The position numbers and the translations under genes were made by a program. DNA of 64,000 nucleotides, from sequence record OZ346219.1. The stretch is one strand, 5' to 3'. This document shows positions 15,676-25,164 of this stretch, piece after piece (the first letter of the stretch is position 1; the number at the start of each line of letters is the position of its first letter). This DNA comes from a phage. The notes beneath the pieces are model-generated. The model searched no databases. It was not told the origin of the DNA and was given only the letters and a program-made list of their open reading frames with translations.

Positions 15676-17784
15676 TTAAAATTTAACATTCTTAACCAGT
15701 TTCATAAAGTCTTGTGCGCGTTTGTCATTATGCAGAATACGATACCAGTTATCGACAATATCATACAGTAACGGGCTATTCTCTTTAAACTTCGCACAAA
15801 CTGCTTTAATTCGTTCGTTTGCTGCCGTGAATTTTTCATCACAGATCTTTTTAGTTTCTTCGTCCATAATCCAACGAGTACGAAGGAGTAACTTGGAAAC
15901 CTCTTTATTATAATGACGACCGTACAGTCTGTCAATAAATTCTGGAACACAGCGTTCTAGTTCATCGTCATGAAACAACATAGTGATCACACCCAGATAT
16001 TCGCCATACCCCAGATGATTGGTCTTAACCTTCTTAGCCAGACCAGCCAGCTTACCGCGAACAAATTCTAGCGCACATTCCAATTGTTCGTCAACGAGAT
16101 ATTTTTGTGTCTCATTACGGGTAATAATATACTTTGTTACCCCGAAGTAGTCAAGCGCCGTGTGTAATGTATTTTCATTATAGATCGATTGACGGCTACG
16201 GCTTTCGAATGCATCACCCACGCGGAACATGTGCAAGCCTGATAACTCGCGAATCTCTGCCGCTTTCATGTGATGGCTGGTTTTATGCCAACTGTCACCA
16301 ATCTTTTCCATGATATACACGTTAGGCAGCTTGGGAGTAGCTTCACGTTGTGTACGCTCGGTCTTTTCCGGTTTAACTGCTTTGGCACGCAGATCATCTG
16401 CCTCGGATACCTTAATCACGGTCATTTCAGATTCATCATAATACTGTTTGATGTACTCGAAAGTCTCCATATGTTTTTCGTTGCGCTGACGGAACACCAA
16501 TACCTTTTTATTGATTCCGTATTCCTGGACCATGCCGTTAAGAGTCAGTGCACGCAGTTTCGGTTTATCGGTATCATCAATAAGACACGTAATATCTTCT
16601 TTATGCATCCATACAAAATGCGTAATGTTGTATTGACTGCTAACGAAAGCAGGGCGCAATTTACTGATTGTGTGACGAGTACGATACAGAGTATACACCT
16701 GACCTTCTACGTCATTTGGCGAATCTTTACCCGCATTCACAAACTTATTATAGATTGCTACCGGATCATCCCACTGCCCGATCTTACCCATCTTGCTAAT
16801 AATATTGCGTTGAGTCGATGAATACTCGCTCATAAATTGCGCAAGTTTACGCTCTGTTTTAATGTTGGCGATCTTCTCTTTAACCTTTTCCAACATCATT
16901 TCATTGATTTCTGCAATGCGTTTTTCGATGTTCGCTTTAGTCTCAATTGACAAGTGAACTTCTTCACGCGATGGCATCAGGTCCAGATCACCCAACTCAA
17001 AATTAATGTAAATTGTCTGGTGCTGGCGGTTTACAGCTTCTAACCATGTTCCGCGAACATATTCATACGGGATCGGATACTGGATCTTACCCATGATTGC
17101 ATATACTACATAGGAATCGTTATCGCGCCCATTACACACATAATAATTATCAAAGCTAGGAAAATAATTAATTTCGATTGCGTTGATATTCGGTTTGTGT
17201 TCCCCAAAATGACGCAGTACAAATTGTGCTTCTCGATGCCATGTCTGAATGTCTTTTTCTTTCACCGGAATAGTGATTTTCAGACCATTGTCTTCATAGG
17301 TCGGTTCGTCGAAAATCTGCACCATTTTCGGCATAGAGTTTTGCACAAATGCAGTAAAGCCATAAGCGCGACCATTGTAGTAGTTTACGATTGTAAAGGT
17401 GTCAGTATAGCTATAAGCAGACTTCGCACCTAAACCAAAAGATCCGATATAATCATTAGTCTGGTCTTTTGTTGATTCAAAGTAAACCGTAAACAGTTGT
17501 TCTAATTCTTTCTTAGACGGAATACCCGTACCATAATCACGCACAGAAAAATACGGTTCGATTGCAGTCGGTAAATGAATATCAAACGGACGATCTAAGG
17601 TTCCGGCTTCTTTGTGAGTGTCGGTAGCATTGCACGAATACTCACGGACGCAAGCACGCTCACAATATTGATAAGTGTTCTTAGAAAGCACCATAAAAGC
17701 CTTGCTACTTGCTTTCAGTGAAAAATCAACCGCACCGCTCAAGTCACTGCCAAATACTTCTTCATTATCAATATGCATTTTCAT
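15676..17784 (-). CDS. rIIA: rIIA protein (702 aa)
   Basis: YFESTKDQTNDYIGSFGLGAKSAYSYTDTFTIVNYYNG matches recalled T4 rIIA (GHKL ATPase-like region); ATG with RBS GTGAGGA. Confidence 0.85.
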   Translation of the reverse strand: MKMHIDNEEVFGSDLSGAVDFSLKASSKAFMVLSKNTYQYCERACVREYSCNATDTHKEAGTLDRPFDIHLPTAIEPYFSVRDYGTGIPSKKELEQLFTVYFESTKDQTNDYIGSFGLGAKSAYSYTDTFTIVNYYNGRAYGFTAFVQNSMPKMVQIFDEPTYEDNGLKITIPVKEKDIQTWHREAQFVLRHFGEHKPNINAIEINYFPSFDNYYVCNGRDNDSYVVYAIMGKIQYPIPYEYVRGTWLEAVNRQHQTIYINFELGDLDLMPSREEVHLSIETKANIEKRIAEINEMMLEKVKEKIANIKTERKLAQFMSEYSSTQRNIISKMGKIGQWDDPVAIYNKFVNAGKDSPNDVEGQVYTLYRTRHTISKLRPAFVSSQYNITHFVWMHKEDITCLIDDTDKPKLRALTLNGMVQEYGINKKVLVFRQRNEKHMETFEYIKQYYDESEMTVIKVSEADDLRAKAVKPEKTERTQREATPKLPNVYIMEKIGDSWHKTSHHMKAAEIRELSGLHMFRVGDAFESRSRQSIYNENTLHTALDYFGVTKYIITRNETQKYLVDEQLECALEFVRGKLAGLAKKVKTNHLGYGEYLGVITMLFHDDELERCVPEFIDRLYGRHYNKEVSKLLLRTRWIMDEETKKICDEKFTAANERIKAVCAKFKENSPLLYDIVDNWYRILHNDKRAQDFMKLVKNVKF

Positions 17785-17798
17785 AATATAATCCTCAC

Positions 17799-18056
17799 TT
17801 AATTAAAATCTTCTTTGTCCATCTCTGCGTAAATTACATCCCACGCCCATAAATCAATAAACGCATTATATGTCACGGTGCAATCGTTGTCAATCACTTC
17901 TTTCGCATATTTCTTGATGTTTTCGTAGGAAACTTGCGGATCAATTTTGTGTTTACGAAGATGCGCATATTCATACCTCAAACACTCCATAAACAGGTCC
18001 ATCGATTTCTTTTCTCGATGACACTTGGCGATCAGAAAATCAAAACTTCGACTCAT
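17799..18056 (-). CDS. hypothetical protein (85 aa)
   Basis: Track ORF between rIIA and gp39. Confidence 0.4.
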   Translation of the reverse strand: MSRSFDFLIAKCHREKKSMDLFMECLRYEYAHLRKHKIDPQVSYENIKKYAKEVIDNDCTVTYNAFIDLWAWDVIYAEMDKEDFN

Positions 18057-18066
18057 TTTCTACTCC

Positions 18067-18261
18067 TTATACATTTTCAATCACCCATTGCAGATGGGCT
18101 TCTGCGTCAACCAGTTCAGCGCGGCTTTTCTCTAAGCACTTGCTGTATTCTTTACGTTCCCAATCAGCAATTTCGTTTTTCAGGACTTCTTCATAGTAAG
18201 CAATTACGCCTTTCAGGTCTGAAACTTTACGGCTTGCCAGTTCGATGTAATGGTTACGCAT
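18067..18261 (-). CDS. hypothetical protein (64 aa)
   Basis: Track ORF. Confidence 0.35.
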   Translation of the reverse strand: MRNHYIELASRKVSDLKGVIAYYEEVLKNEIADWERKEYSKCLEKSRAELVDAEAHLQWVIENV

Positions 18262-18457
18262 TTTGATTCTCCTTTGTTACTAGATAACGAATTTGGTCTT
18301 GCATTGCAATCAGTTCCCAGCGTGCTACTTTCATCATGGAAACTGCCTCTTTGAACATAATATTAGCCTTTTCCTTCTCTCCTGTCAAGTAGATTTCTGC
18401 AATTTTTTCACAAAATTTTTGAGTTTCTTCATTCTTAAACGGTTTCATATAAGTCAA
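18254..18457 (-). CDS. hypothetical protein (67 aa)
   Basis: Track ORF preceded by promoter 18479-18507. Confidence 0.4.
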   Translation of the reverse strand: MTYMKPFKNEETQKFCEKIAEIYLTGEKEKANIMFKEAVSMMKVARWELIAMQDQIRYLVTKENQNA

Positions 18458-18478
18458 CCTTTTGTTTTCGATGGGGAT

Positions 18479-18507
18479 ATTATTCTATATCCCCTATCTG
18501 GTGTCAA
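18479..18507 (-). promoter_or_regulatory. early promoter TTGACA-17-AATAAT within a GGGGATAT/ATATCCCC palindrome
   Basis: Minus strand: TTGACAccagataggggatatagAATAATatcccc. Confidence 0.4.
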
Positions 18508-18514
18508 CAGATTT

Positions 18515-18814
18515 TTAATCTTTTTTCAGGGCATCCATTACTCGCTCTGCGATCAGTTCTCGTAAGCACTGATAGCCATGATATTTGATGGCAATGTCAC
18601 GCAGATCATTAACCAATTCCCGTACTTCATGGTCTTTCAAATCGTCTCTGTATTTCGATTTAACCGTGTCTTTAGGTGGATTGTGGATAACCTGAAAACC
18701 TTGTTCTGCAATCACTGCGGCTTCGCGCTGGCGTTCATGCTGTACTGTATTTTTGATCAGGTCTGCTTCCATGAACTTTGCCATACTCATCATCATGTTA
18801 TTCTTTTTGCTCAT
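18515..18814 (-). CDS. hypothetical protein (99 aa; start at MSKKNNMMM...)
   Basis: The promoter at 18849-18876 lies inside the longer track ORF, so the start was moved to the ATG at 18814. Confidence 0.4.
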   Translation of the reverse strand: MSKKNNMMMSMAKFMEADLIKNTVQHERQREAAVIAEQGFQVIHNPPKDTVKSKYRDDLKDHEVRELVNDLRDIAIKYHGYQCLRELIAERVMDALKKD

Positions 18815-18848
18815 TATTAAATCCTCATAAAAGAAAAGGGAGACTCCC

Positions 18849-18876
18849 ATTATAGAGAATCTCCCTTGTATGTCAA
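18849..18876 (-). promoter_or_regulatory. early promoter TTGACA-16-TATAAT flanked by AAGGGAGA/TCTCCCTT palindrome
   Basis: Minus strand: TTGACAtacaagggagattctcTATAATgggagtctccctt. Confidence 0.5.
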
Positions 18877-18879
18877 GTG

Positions 18880-20703
18880 TTATGATTGCATCCAAATTTT
18901 GCGCTGATCTGCATCTTCACTATAGAGCAAATCGAATAGCTCTTTATAGTTTTCCGGTAACGTGATGATCTCCATTACAGGATCGTTGATCACGCGATGA
19001 TAGTCTGATTCTGTGAGCGATGCTAAACCTTTGATATATCGAATATTATAACCTTTGATATTATCTCGATCGTTCTCGAAATCTTCTAGGTCATAATACC
19101 ATCGAACATCATCACCTTTCTTTGGTTCAGCAATGATAATAGGTGTTTTGATAAACCGGATTCGTCCATCTTCGAACAATTCAGGCCAACGTGCAAAGAA
19201 AGAGATCAGACTAGGCTTAATAGACCCGATCCCGTCGGTATCAGCGTCTGTCATAATCGCAATATTTTTGTATTGCATAACTTCCAATGCATCAACACCA
19301 AATTGCAAACCAGTGATCGCCATGATGTTAAAAATTTCGGCGTTCTTAACGATCTTTGCCTCTGGTTGCTCCCACGTTGTAAGAGTTTTACCTCGCAACG
19401 GGAAACCGCCATGTAAATCTTGATCACGTACAGAGATCAGATAGTTGATTGCGGAATCACCTTCCGTCAAAAACAGGGTAGTTTCTGCGTCAGTTCCAAT
19501 AAGGTTAGCTTTAACGTGCTTTGCTACCTTAGCCCGTTTTGCTGCCTTTGCTGCCTTAGTCGCTGCCGCTTTATCTGCTGCCTCTTTGCGTGCCAGGACG
19601 ACAGCAATAATAGGCATGATAATGTTTTCTTTCTTCGCAATGACTTTAGCCAGTTTTTTAAAATCCAGATCAATGTGTCGCTTGATATCACCAGTTGGGT
19701 TAGTCAAGCGTTCTTTTGTCTGTGAATCAAAACGAAGGTTAGGCAATTCACGAACAATAAGAATACAGGTCAATCCAGATTTAACCGCAGCTTTAGTAAC
19801 ATCAACCTTATATTCTTTCTTGATTCGTTTTACAATCTCTTCACAAAGATCATCTGTCACATAATCAACGTGTGTTCCCCCGTTTTTGGTAAACAGACCG
19901 TTAGCAAAGGATACTGATTTAAAACCTTCTCCCTCGACCGCCGGAACTAGGGCAAGTGAAAAGTTTTTATCTTCAATGACAAACGGATCATCATTGTATA
20001 GTTTAGCATAATCCTTGAACTTACTAACAATACGTTTACCATTAAACTTAAACGTGATCTTAGGAAATATTACGCTCAATGATTGCAGACGATCATGAAC
20101 AATATCTAAAACAGAGTTGTCCATCATATAACCTTCGAAGTGGTCGAAGTCTGGGCAAAATGTAACCTTTGTTCCCTTCAATTTTGATGGTTTTGATGAC
20201 CATGTGATATTTTCAGCACCGTTTGTGCATTGAACGGTCATTTCTGTTTCGCCGTCACAGGTCACACCAGTAAACCAATCGCTAAAGAAATTTGATAACG
20301 ACGACCCAACACCGTTCATCCCTTGCGTTAATCGATTGGTATCATCAAAGTTAGACCCTGCTTTTGTTCGTGTCCATGCGGCTACAGGTTGCGGAATCTG
20401 CGTGCCCTCTGGGGTAGTAACCATATGTTGAGGAATACCGCGACCATTGTCTGTTACCGTAACAATATTGTTTTGGATATCGACGCTAATCACATTGGCA
20501 AATTCAAAATTAGTGCGGATCGCCTCGTCTACAGAGTTGTCGATGATCTCATCAATGATTTTCACCAGTCCAGGAACATATGAAATTTTTGTCCATTTAC
20601 CGAACAGGAAACGTTGATGTTCTTCGTAAGTTGTTGATCCTATATACATTCCTGCACGCTTAAGGACATGCTCACGATCAGATAAAATGCGAAACTCACT
20701 CAT
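18880..20703 (-). CDS. gp39: DNA topoisomerase II large subunit gp39 (GyrB-like ATPase; 607 aa, consistent with an unsplit gp39+gp60)
   Basis: N-terminal GHKL motifs (EHVLKRAGMYIGS, IDEIIDNSVDEAIR, VTDNGRGIP); length exceeds T4 gp39 (516 aa), so no separate gene 60. Confidence 0.85.
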   Translation of the reverse strand: MSEFRILSDREHVLKRAGMYIGSTTYEEHQRFLFGKWTKISYVPGLVKIIDEIIDNSVDEAIRTNFEFANVISVDIQNNIVTVTDNGRGIPQHMVTTPEGTQIPQPVAAWTRTKAGSNFDDTNRLTQGMNGVGSSLSNFFSDWFTGVTCDGETEMTVQCTNGAENITWSSKPSKLKGTKVTFCPDFDHFEGYMMDNSVLDIVHDRLQSLSVIFPKITFKFNGKRIVSKFKDYAKLYNDDPFVIEDKNFSLALVPAVEGEGFKSVSFANGLFTKNGGTHVDYVTDDLCEEIVKRIKKEYKVDVTKAAVKSGLTCILIVRELPNLRFDSQTKERLTNPTGDIKRHIDLDFKKLAKVIAKKENIIMPIIAVVLARKEAADKAAATKAAKAAKRAKVAKHVKANLIGTDAETTLFLTEGDSAINYLISVRDQDLHGGFPLRGKTLTTWEQPEAKIVKNAEIFNIMAITGLQFGVDALEVMQYKNIAIMTDADTDGIGSIKPSLISFFARWPELFEDGRIRFIKTPIIIAEPKKGDDVRWYYDLEDFENDRDNIKGYNIRYIKGLASLTESDYHRVINDPVMEIITLPENYKELFDLLYSEDADQRKIWMQS

Positions 20704-20802
20704 TATTAAACCTCTTCATAACATAACCATAACTTACTGCAACCGCCACAAAGACGGCTGCAACAATCATATTAAAAATTGAGTGATTGTCAAGTATATG
20801 AC

Positions 20803-20976
20803 TCATGACACGCGCACATTTTTATCATAGTACCCGCCATTAATACCGCGCGGGGCAGTTAATCCCTGTTTGCATTCTTTACCACATTCAGGGCATTCTG
20901 CCTTTTCACGTTCGGAAATTTTGCGGATTTTCTGAAATTGACCGTGTTCTTCACAAGAATAATCATATAATGGCAT
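20803..20976 (-). CDS. small zinc-ribbon protein (57 aa)
   Basis: MPLYDYSCEEHG...CPECG: two C-x-x-C(H) pairs; RBS AAAGGGGA; start abuts the dexA stop. Confidence 0.45.
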   Translation of the reverse strand: MPLYDYSCEEHGQFQKIRKISEREKAECPECGKECKQGLTAPRGINGGYYDKNVRVS

Positions 20977-20977
20977 A

Positions 20978-21646
20978 TTATCCCCTTTGTTTCTTAACTG
21001 AATTTGGATCTGGATTTTCTGGCAAGTCTTCCAGACCCATAGCATAACGTTGTGCATAGATTAGCATAAGAATATCGCGAGCGCAATCATGAATTGCGTC
21101 ATGCGCGATAAATCCGTCTAGCGTACCCATTGGTAACGGGCATTCACACATACCACGATGCATCAATGTACGCTCAATGGCGGTGCGAACATCTCGGATA
21201 TTCCAGAATCGCACAGGTTCAAGGCTGAACGTCTCTCGTGTATTGTGTGCACGGCGGATCATATCAACTAGTAACGGAATATCAAACGCATTACCGCGTG
21301 ACCACATTACGGATTTAACCGGATCTACTCCTACGGCTTCACAGAATGCGTTAAAACGCGCTAAACCTTCTTTAGTTGATACTTCCGTACCATTTGTGAT
21401 TAATTGCTTTCTCATGCCTTCTGAGGTGGTATTCTTCCACCATTCAACCACACCATGATCAAACACCCTTACACCTTTCTGGGAAGGAATATCAAATTTT
21501 ACCAGAAAGGAATTGTCAACCAGTTCTTTAAATGTAGGTGGATTGTGCGGATCTTCTTTAAATCCGATTGCCGCCATATTGATAACCGCCCCATCAGGCG
21601 GATAACCTAAACTTTCAAAGTCAATCATTAAATCCACTGGAAGCAT
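20978..21646 (-). CDS. dexA: exonuclease A (DexA, 3'-5' DEDDh-type)
   Basis: LMIDFESLG, FKLEPVRFWN, GTLDGFIAHDAIHDCARDILM, YAMGLED match recalled T4 DexA; start fixed at the ATG with RBS GGAGGA. Confidence 0.8.
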   Translation of the reverse strand: MLPVDLMIDFESLGYPPDGAVINMAAIGFKEDPHNPPTFKELVDNSFLVKFDIPSQKGVRVFDHGVVEWWKNTTSEGMRKQLITNGTEVSTKEGLARFNAFCEAVGVDPVKSVMWSRGNAFDIPLLVDMIRRAHNTRETFSLEPVRFWNIRDVRTAIERTLMHRGMCECPLPMGTLDGFIAHDAIHDCARDILMLIYAQRYAMGLEDLPENPDPNSVKKQRG

Positions 21647-21647
21647 T

Positions 21648-21890
21648 TTAAATATCCTCCGCGATATGCCGGAACAACTCCAGATCGTTTTTATCCAGAA
21701 TGAAACCGCTACAATCAATAATCCCGTTACCGTAATTATCGGTTAACAGTCGTTCCGTTGCCATGTATGCGCGTACTTTGTTGTTAAAATTCATTACATG
21801 TTGTGCATAGTCACAATGAATCTTTTGACGGTTCCACGCGACAATTGATTGTAGATGTATTACATTAGCCACATTATTAATAACAACCAT
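21648..21890 (-). CDS. hypothetical protein (80 aa)
   Basis: Track ORF between dexA and dda. Confidence 0.4.
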   Translation of the reverse strand: MVVINNVANVIHLQSIVAWNRQKIHCDYAQHVMNFNNKVRAYMATERLLTDNYGNGIIDCSGFILDKNDLELFRHIAEDI

Positions 21891-22069
21891 ATCAAAACCC
21901 TCGCTTAGTGAAATGCTCGATCATTTTATTGATACATGCAGCTTCACTATCGCCGGACACGTTCCAGCCGTATAGACCCCATCTAAAGCACATGGTAACA
22001 GTTCCATTGTGACGGCTTACCGTCACATCATTAAATTCTGGGATACTTCGCATAATCATAATAATTTCC

Positions 22070-23461
22070 TCAAATATAGTCTACTCGATACCGCGCACGG
22101 GTAACACCCACATATAATAACTGCATTGCCAATTCAAAGTCAACATTGTCTGTACACATGCAAGGAGTATACAGGAACACGCGGTCTACGCTGATCCCTT
22201 GTGACTTATGAATAGTGCAAGCTGGTAATGCTTTTACATTTAAAAACATACGTTTCATCGTCCAGAAAGAGTCCCAATCTGGTTTAAATTTTGGATTCTC
22301 TTTCTTCATTTCGCGATAATGTCCGGCGACCGTATTCAGATAGATAGAGAAAATGTTCTTCTGACGTTGTTCTGTCAGAATGTTGATTTCTACCAAATCC
22401 GGTTTATCTGTAGTGATTCCGACTGCATCTAAACCGACTTTCTGATTTAGGATTTCTTTGTCTTCGTCATCATCGACGCTTTCCACTTTCAGAGTATAGC
22501 CTAAAACTGGTTGCGGATCTACCCCCGTGCAACGTAATGTAAATTCACGCGGTATAACCTCTTTAACTCGGATCATCTCGCCATTGTTAAAAATAACATT
22601 GGGAATCTTCTTTCCGCGTTCATCTCGCAGATATTCGATTAACGGTTCCTGAGTAACCAGAATTTCATCTACAATCACTGGTTCATCGGTGTTATAAACG
22701 CGCTTGCGCACAATTTCATTGAGTTTTTCGACGCTCTTGTTAGTGTAAGCCAGAATACGGTTTTCTAGAAGGTCTTCCGGCGTTTTAACTGTTTCGAAAT
22801 AATGCTTCATAAACTCCGGCAGAGTTGAGCTATGGAATACACCCTCGTTGCCGCACTGCTTTTCGAATACCCATTTACCATTACGGACAGCGGTCGCCAC
22901 ATCAATGATCGGTGCATTAGATCGTTTAATTTCTGTCAACTCCACGTTTTGAAAATTTTCGTCCGTGAAGAAAGGAGAAATTGACGTTGCACCGCTCGGA
23001 TCAACTGGTCGTAACTGGTGTGGATCGCCAACTGCAATAACAACAATTCGACCATTGATACTCTTCATGAGAATATCAAATAGTTTCTTATCGACCATAC
23101 TCGCTTCATCAACAATGATGATCTGAACATCATCTAGCTTAGGAGTATCTTTTTGCTCAAATACTTGAGTATCTTCATAGTTGGTCGGGTTAAGACGCAA
23201 TAAAGCATGTAAAGTAAATGCTTGACGACCTACCGCTTTACTCAAAACTTTTTTAGCCTGGTGGGTAGGCGTTGCCAAAACCACACCAGTTACACCACGG
23301 CGGACCATTTCCTGAACAATGAATTTCATCATTGCGGTTTTACCAGTACCCGCCGCACCACGGACAGTTGTATGCTTCTTTTGTTCAATGCGTTTCATTA
23401 GAACATCAAAAGCATGTTTTTGTCCGTCTGTCAACATATCGAAAGTTAATACTCTGCTCAT
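22070..23461 (-). CDS. dda: Dda DNA helicase (SF1)
   Basis: LTDGQKHAFDVLMK...GAAGTGKT...ATPTHQAKKVLSK...IIIVDEASM...GDPHQLRPV matches recalled T4 Dda and SF1 helicase motifs. Confidence 0.85.
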   Translation of the reverse strand: MSRVLTFDMLTDGQKHAFDVLMKRIEQKKHTTVRGAAGTGKTAMMKFIVQEMVRRGVTGVVLATPTHQAKKVLSKAVGRQAFTLHALLRLNPTNYEDTQVFEQKDTPKLDDVQIIIVDEASMVDKKLFDILMKSINGRIVVIAVGDPHQLRPVDPSGATSISPFFTDENFQNVELTEIKRSNAPIIDVATAVRNGKWVFEKQCGNEGVFHSSTLPEFMKHYFETVKTPEDLLENRILAYTNKSVEKLNEIVRKRVYNTDEPVIVDEILVTQEPLIEYLRDERGKKIPNVIFNNGEMIRVKEVIPREFTLRCTGVDPQPVLGYTLKVESVDDDEDKEILNQKVGLDAVGITTDKPDLVEINILTEQRQKNIFSIYLNTVAGHYREMKKENPKFKPDWDSFWTMKRMFLNVKALPACTIHKSQGISVDRVFLYTPCMCTDNVDFELAMQLLYVGVTRARYRVDYI

Positions 23462-23775
23462 TATCCTAAAATCCTCACCTTGCGAACACAGATAGTATTG
23501 AGTTCTCGCCGTACCCGTTCTTTTTCATATTCAGGAATTTTATATTCGATACCATCCCGAACAATTTCAGAAGACCGGATTATACCAAATTTTCGTTTAG
23601 GCACAACCTTGTATTTCGGTTCACCTGCCAATAGACTCTCACAATAATCTATCTGATCACACATTGACGCTAACGCAGCATCATGTGTTTCGCAAGTTAG
23701 GACGCGACCTTTCGCGTCCACTGAGTATTGAAAGAATCCGTCTTTATCACGATAACATACAGCAAATACATGCAT
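23461..23775 (-). CDS. hypothetical protein (104 aa; positional equivalent of T4 dda.1)
   Basis: Track ORF, ATG overlaps the upstream stop. Confidence 0.4.
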   Translation of the reverse strand: MHVFAVCYRDKDGFFQYSVDAKGRVLTCETHDAALASMCDQIDYCESLLAGEPKYKVVPKRKFGIIRSSEIVRDGIEYKIPEYEKERVRRELNTICVRKVRILG

Positions 23776-24530
23776 TATAAACCTACCTTAGCTTTCATCA
23801 ATTCAATCCACGACGCATCAATCGGAAGCCCGTATTTCACGCGTTCTTTTTGTGCTGGCGTTAAGTTCTCATACTTAGAAAGAGATTCAATCAAAACGCT
23901 GGTATATTTTAGCACGATTTCGGTATTGTTTGCAATAGCCTTTAGTTTTTCCTCTTTCTTGTTGATTTCGCTAAGGGCTTGCTTGAGATCTGCAATTTTC
24001 TGATAACGTTCTTCCATACGGAAGAGAGTATTTTTAATCGCTCGCTCTGCTGCCTCTGCTTTCTCCGGTTCGTTGTGCTTTTTGTGGCGCTCGATTGCTA
24101 ATTTCTTTTCTTCGATTGCCATTTCCTGATTTTTGATGCGATTCTCGTTAAGTTCGATCCACTCGATGTACTTCGCACGTAGGGCAATTTCATCATCAGA
24201 AAGTTTACCGTTAGTTCCTAGTTCCTGGATCTCTTTAAGAGATTCGATAGTGTGATTGCCACGGAAAGAATTGTATTTCAGTTTAACCGGAATTACATTG
24301 CCATCAACATATCCCAGATTGCAATCAATGCGCTCTAAGGAGAGTCCGTCATCACCTTCACCGAAAGCCTCACCTGAATAGGCACAATGAGTCTGGCGGT
24401 AAATGTTACGAACAGTGACTAAGCTCATAGAGAAGTCTTTGTTGCGACGTGAAGCACCAGCCATGATAGAGTTCAGCCGGAAAACAACCAGCGCCAATTC
24501 TTCGTTAGATTTAAAAGCAAACAGTTTCAT
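23775..24530 (-). CDS. hypothetical protein (251 aa), coiled-coil rich; possibly Srd-like by position
   Basis: Position after dda matches T4 srd; the long Lys/Glu-rich helical region was not matched to any sequence I can recall. Confidence 0.3.
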   Translation of the reverse strand: MKLFAFKSNEELALVVFRLNSIMAGASRRNKDFSMSLVTVRNIYRQTHCAYSGEAFGEGDDGLSLERIDCNLGYVDGNVIPVKLKYNSFRGNHTIESLKEIQELGTNGKLSDDEIALRAKYIEWIELNENRIKNQEMAIEEKKLAIERHKKHNEPEKAEAAERAIKNTLFRMEERYQKIADLKQALSEINKKEEKLKAIANNTEIVLKYTSVLIESLSKYENLTPAQKERVKYGLPIDASWIELMKAKVGL

Positions 24531-24591
24531 AATTGATTCTCCTTAGTTGGCATGTGTGTATTATTGTCTATCTGGTTTGTGCTGTCAACAC

Positions 24592-25095
24592 TTAAATTAA
24601 AGAAAATTTGTAAATCTCTATCAGATCGCCATTACACGCGTAAACTTCCTCGATCTCATCAAGGATCATGGTCGTCCCTGTCTTGTATATGCACTCGCGC
24701 TCATCTGCCAACATAGCATACAAAGACAGTCGAGTAGTCGGATTGTCATACTCTTTAGACACCACTCGGTCAATAGCATGTTCGTAATAATTCATGCAAG
24801 GCTTGGTAGGTTTTATTGCAATAATCTTTCCTGTTGCATAAACATCGGTTGCAAAGTCCTCTGCTGTTGATTGCAGTGGCGTAAAGCTCATAGGACGCTC
24901 TACAACGAAAGAATCACCCACAATTAAGGTATCCAGCTTACGGCCTTCTCTTTTTCTCACACCGCGATACAAGGCTTCATGATGCACTAACCGCTCAGTC
25001 TTTTCAATCAATCCATTAAGGATCGACATATCGATATTTTCTTTAGAGTTCATCACTTCATCAATGATGTTAAGTTCTTCTGGTGTAAATTGCAT
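24592..25095 (-). CDS. putative ADP-ribosyltransferase (ModA/ModB-like, 167 aa)
   Basis: Position corresponds to T4 modA/modB; candidate R-S-E triad (YRGVRK, MSFT, DERE); motif-level only. Confidence 0.4.
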   Translation of the reverse strand: MQFTPEELNIIDEVMNSKENIDMSILNGLIEKTERLVHHEALYRGVRKREGRKLDTLIVGDSFVVERPMSFTPLQSTAEDFATDVYATGKIIAIKPTKPCMNYYEHAIDRVVSKEYDNPTTRLSLYAMLADERECIYKTGTTMILDEIEEVYACNGDLIEIYKFSLI

Positions 25096-25128
25096 AATAA
25101 AAAAGCCTCCAATCTTTCGACGGGAGGC
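25096..25128 (-). terminator. stem-loop (GCCTCC-12 nt-GGAGGC) plus U-run between gp56 and the downstream gene
   Basis: 6-bp GC stem followed on the minus strand by TTTTTTATT and then the ATG of 24592-25095. Confidence 0.5.
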
Positions 25129-25157
25129 ATAATAAAACCATTATAGAGTAGTGTCAA
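25129..25157 (-). promoter_or_regulatory. early promoter TTGACA-17-TATTAT immediately upstream of the terminator hairpin
   Basis: Minus strand: TTGACActactctataatggtttTATTATgcctccc; predicted start site falls inside the hairpin's left arm. Confidence 0.45.
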
Positions 25158-25164
25158 CTAATTT

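Noticed and set aside
16270-16821. 183-aa ORF on the + strand inside rIIA
   Set aside because: Lies antisense within a confidently identified gene (rIIA); low-complexity translation and no RBS. Treated as a spurious antisense ORF.
18880-20703. Split gene 39/60 with translational bypass element (as in T4 gene 60)
   Set aside because: gp39 here is one 607-aa ORF covering the GyrB-like region, with no separate gene 60 ORF and no 50-nt bypass-like gap; this is the fused arrangement.
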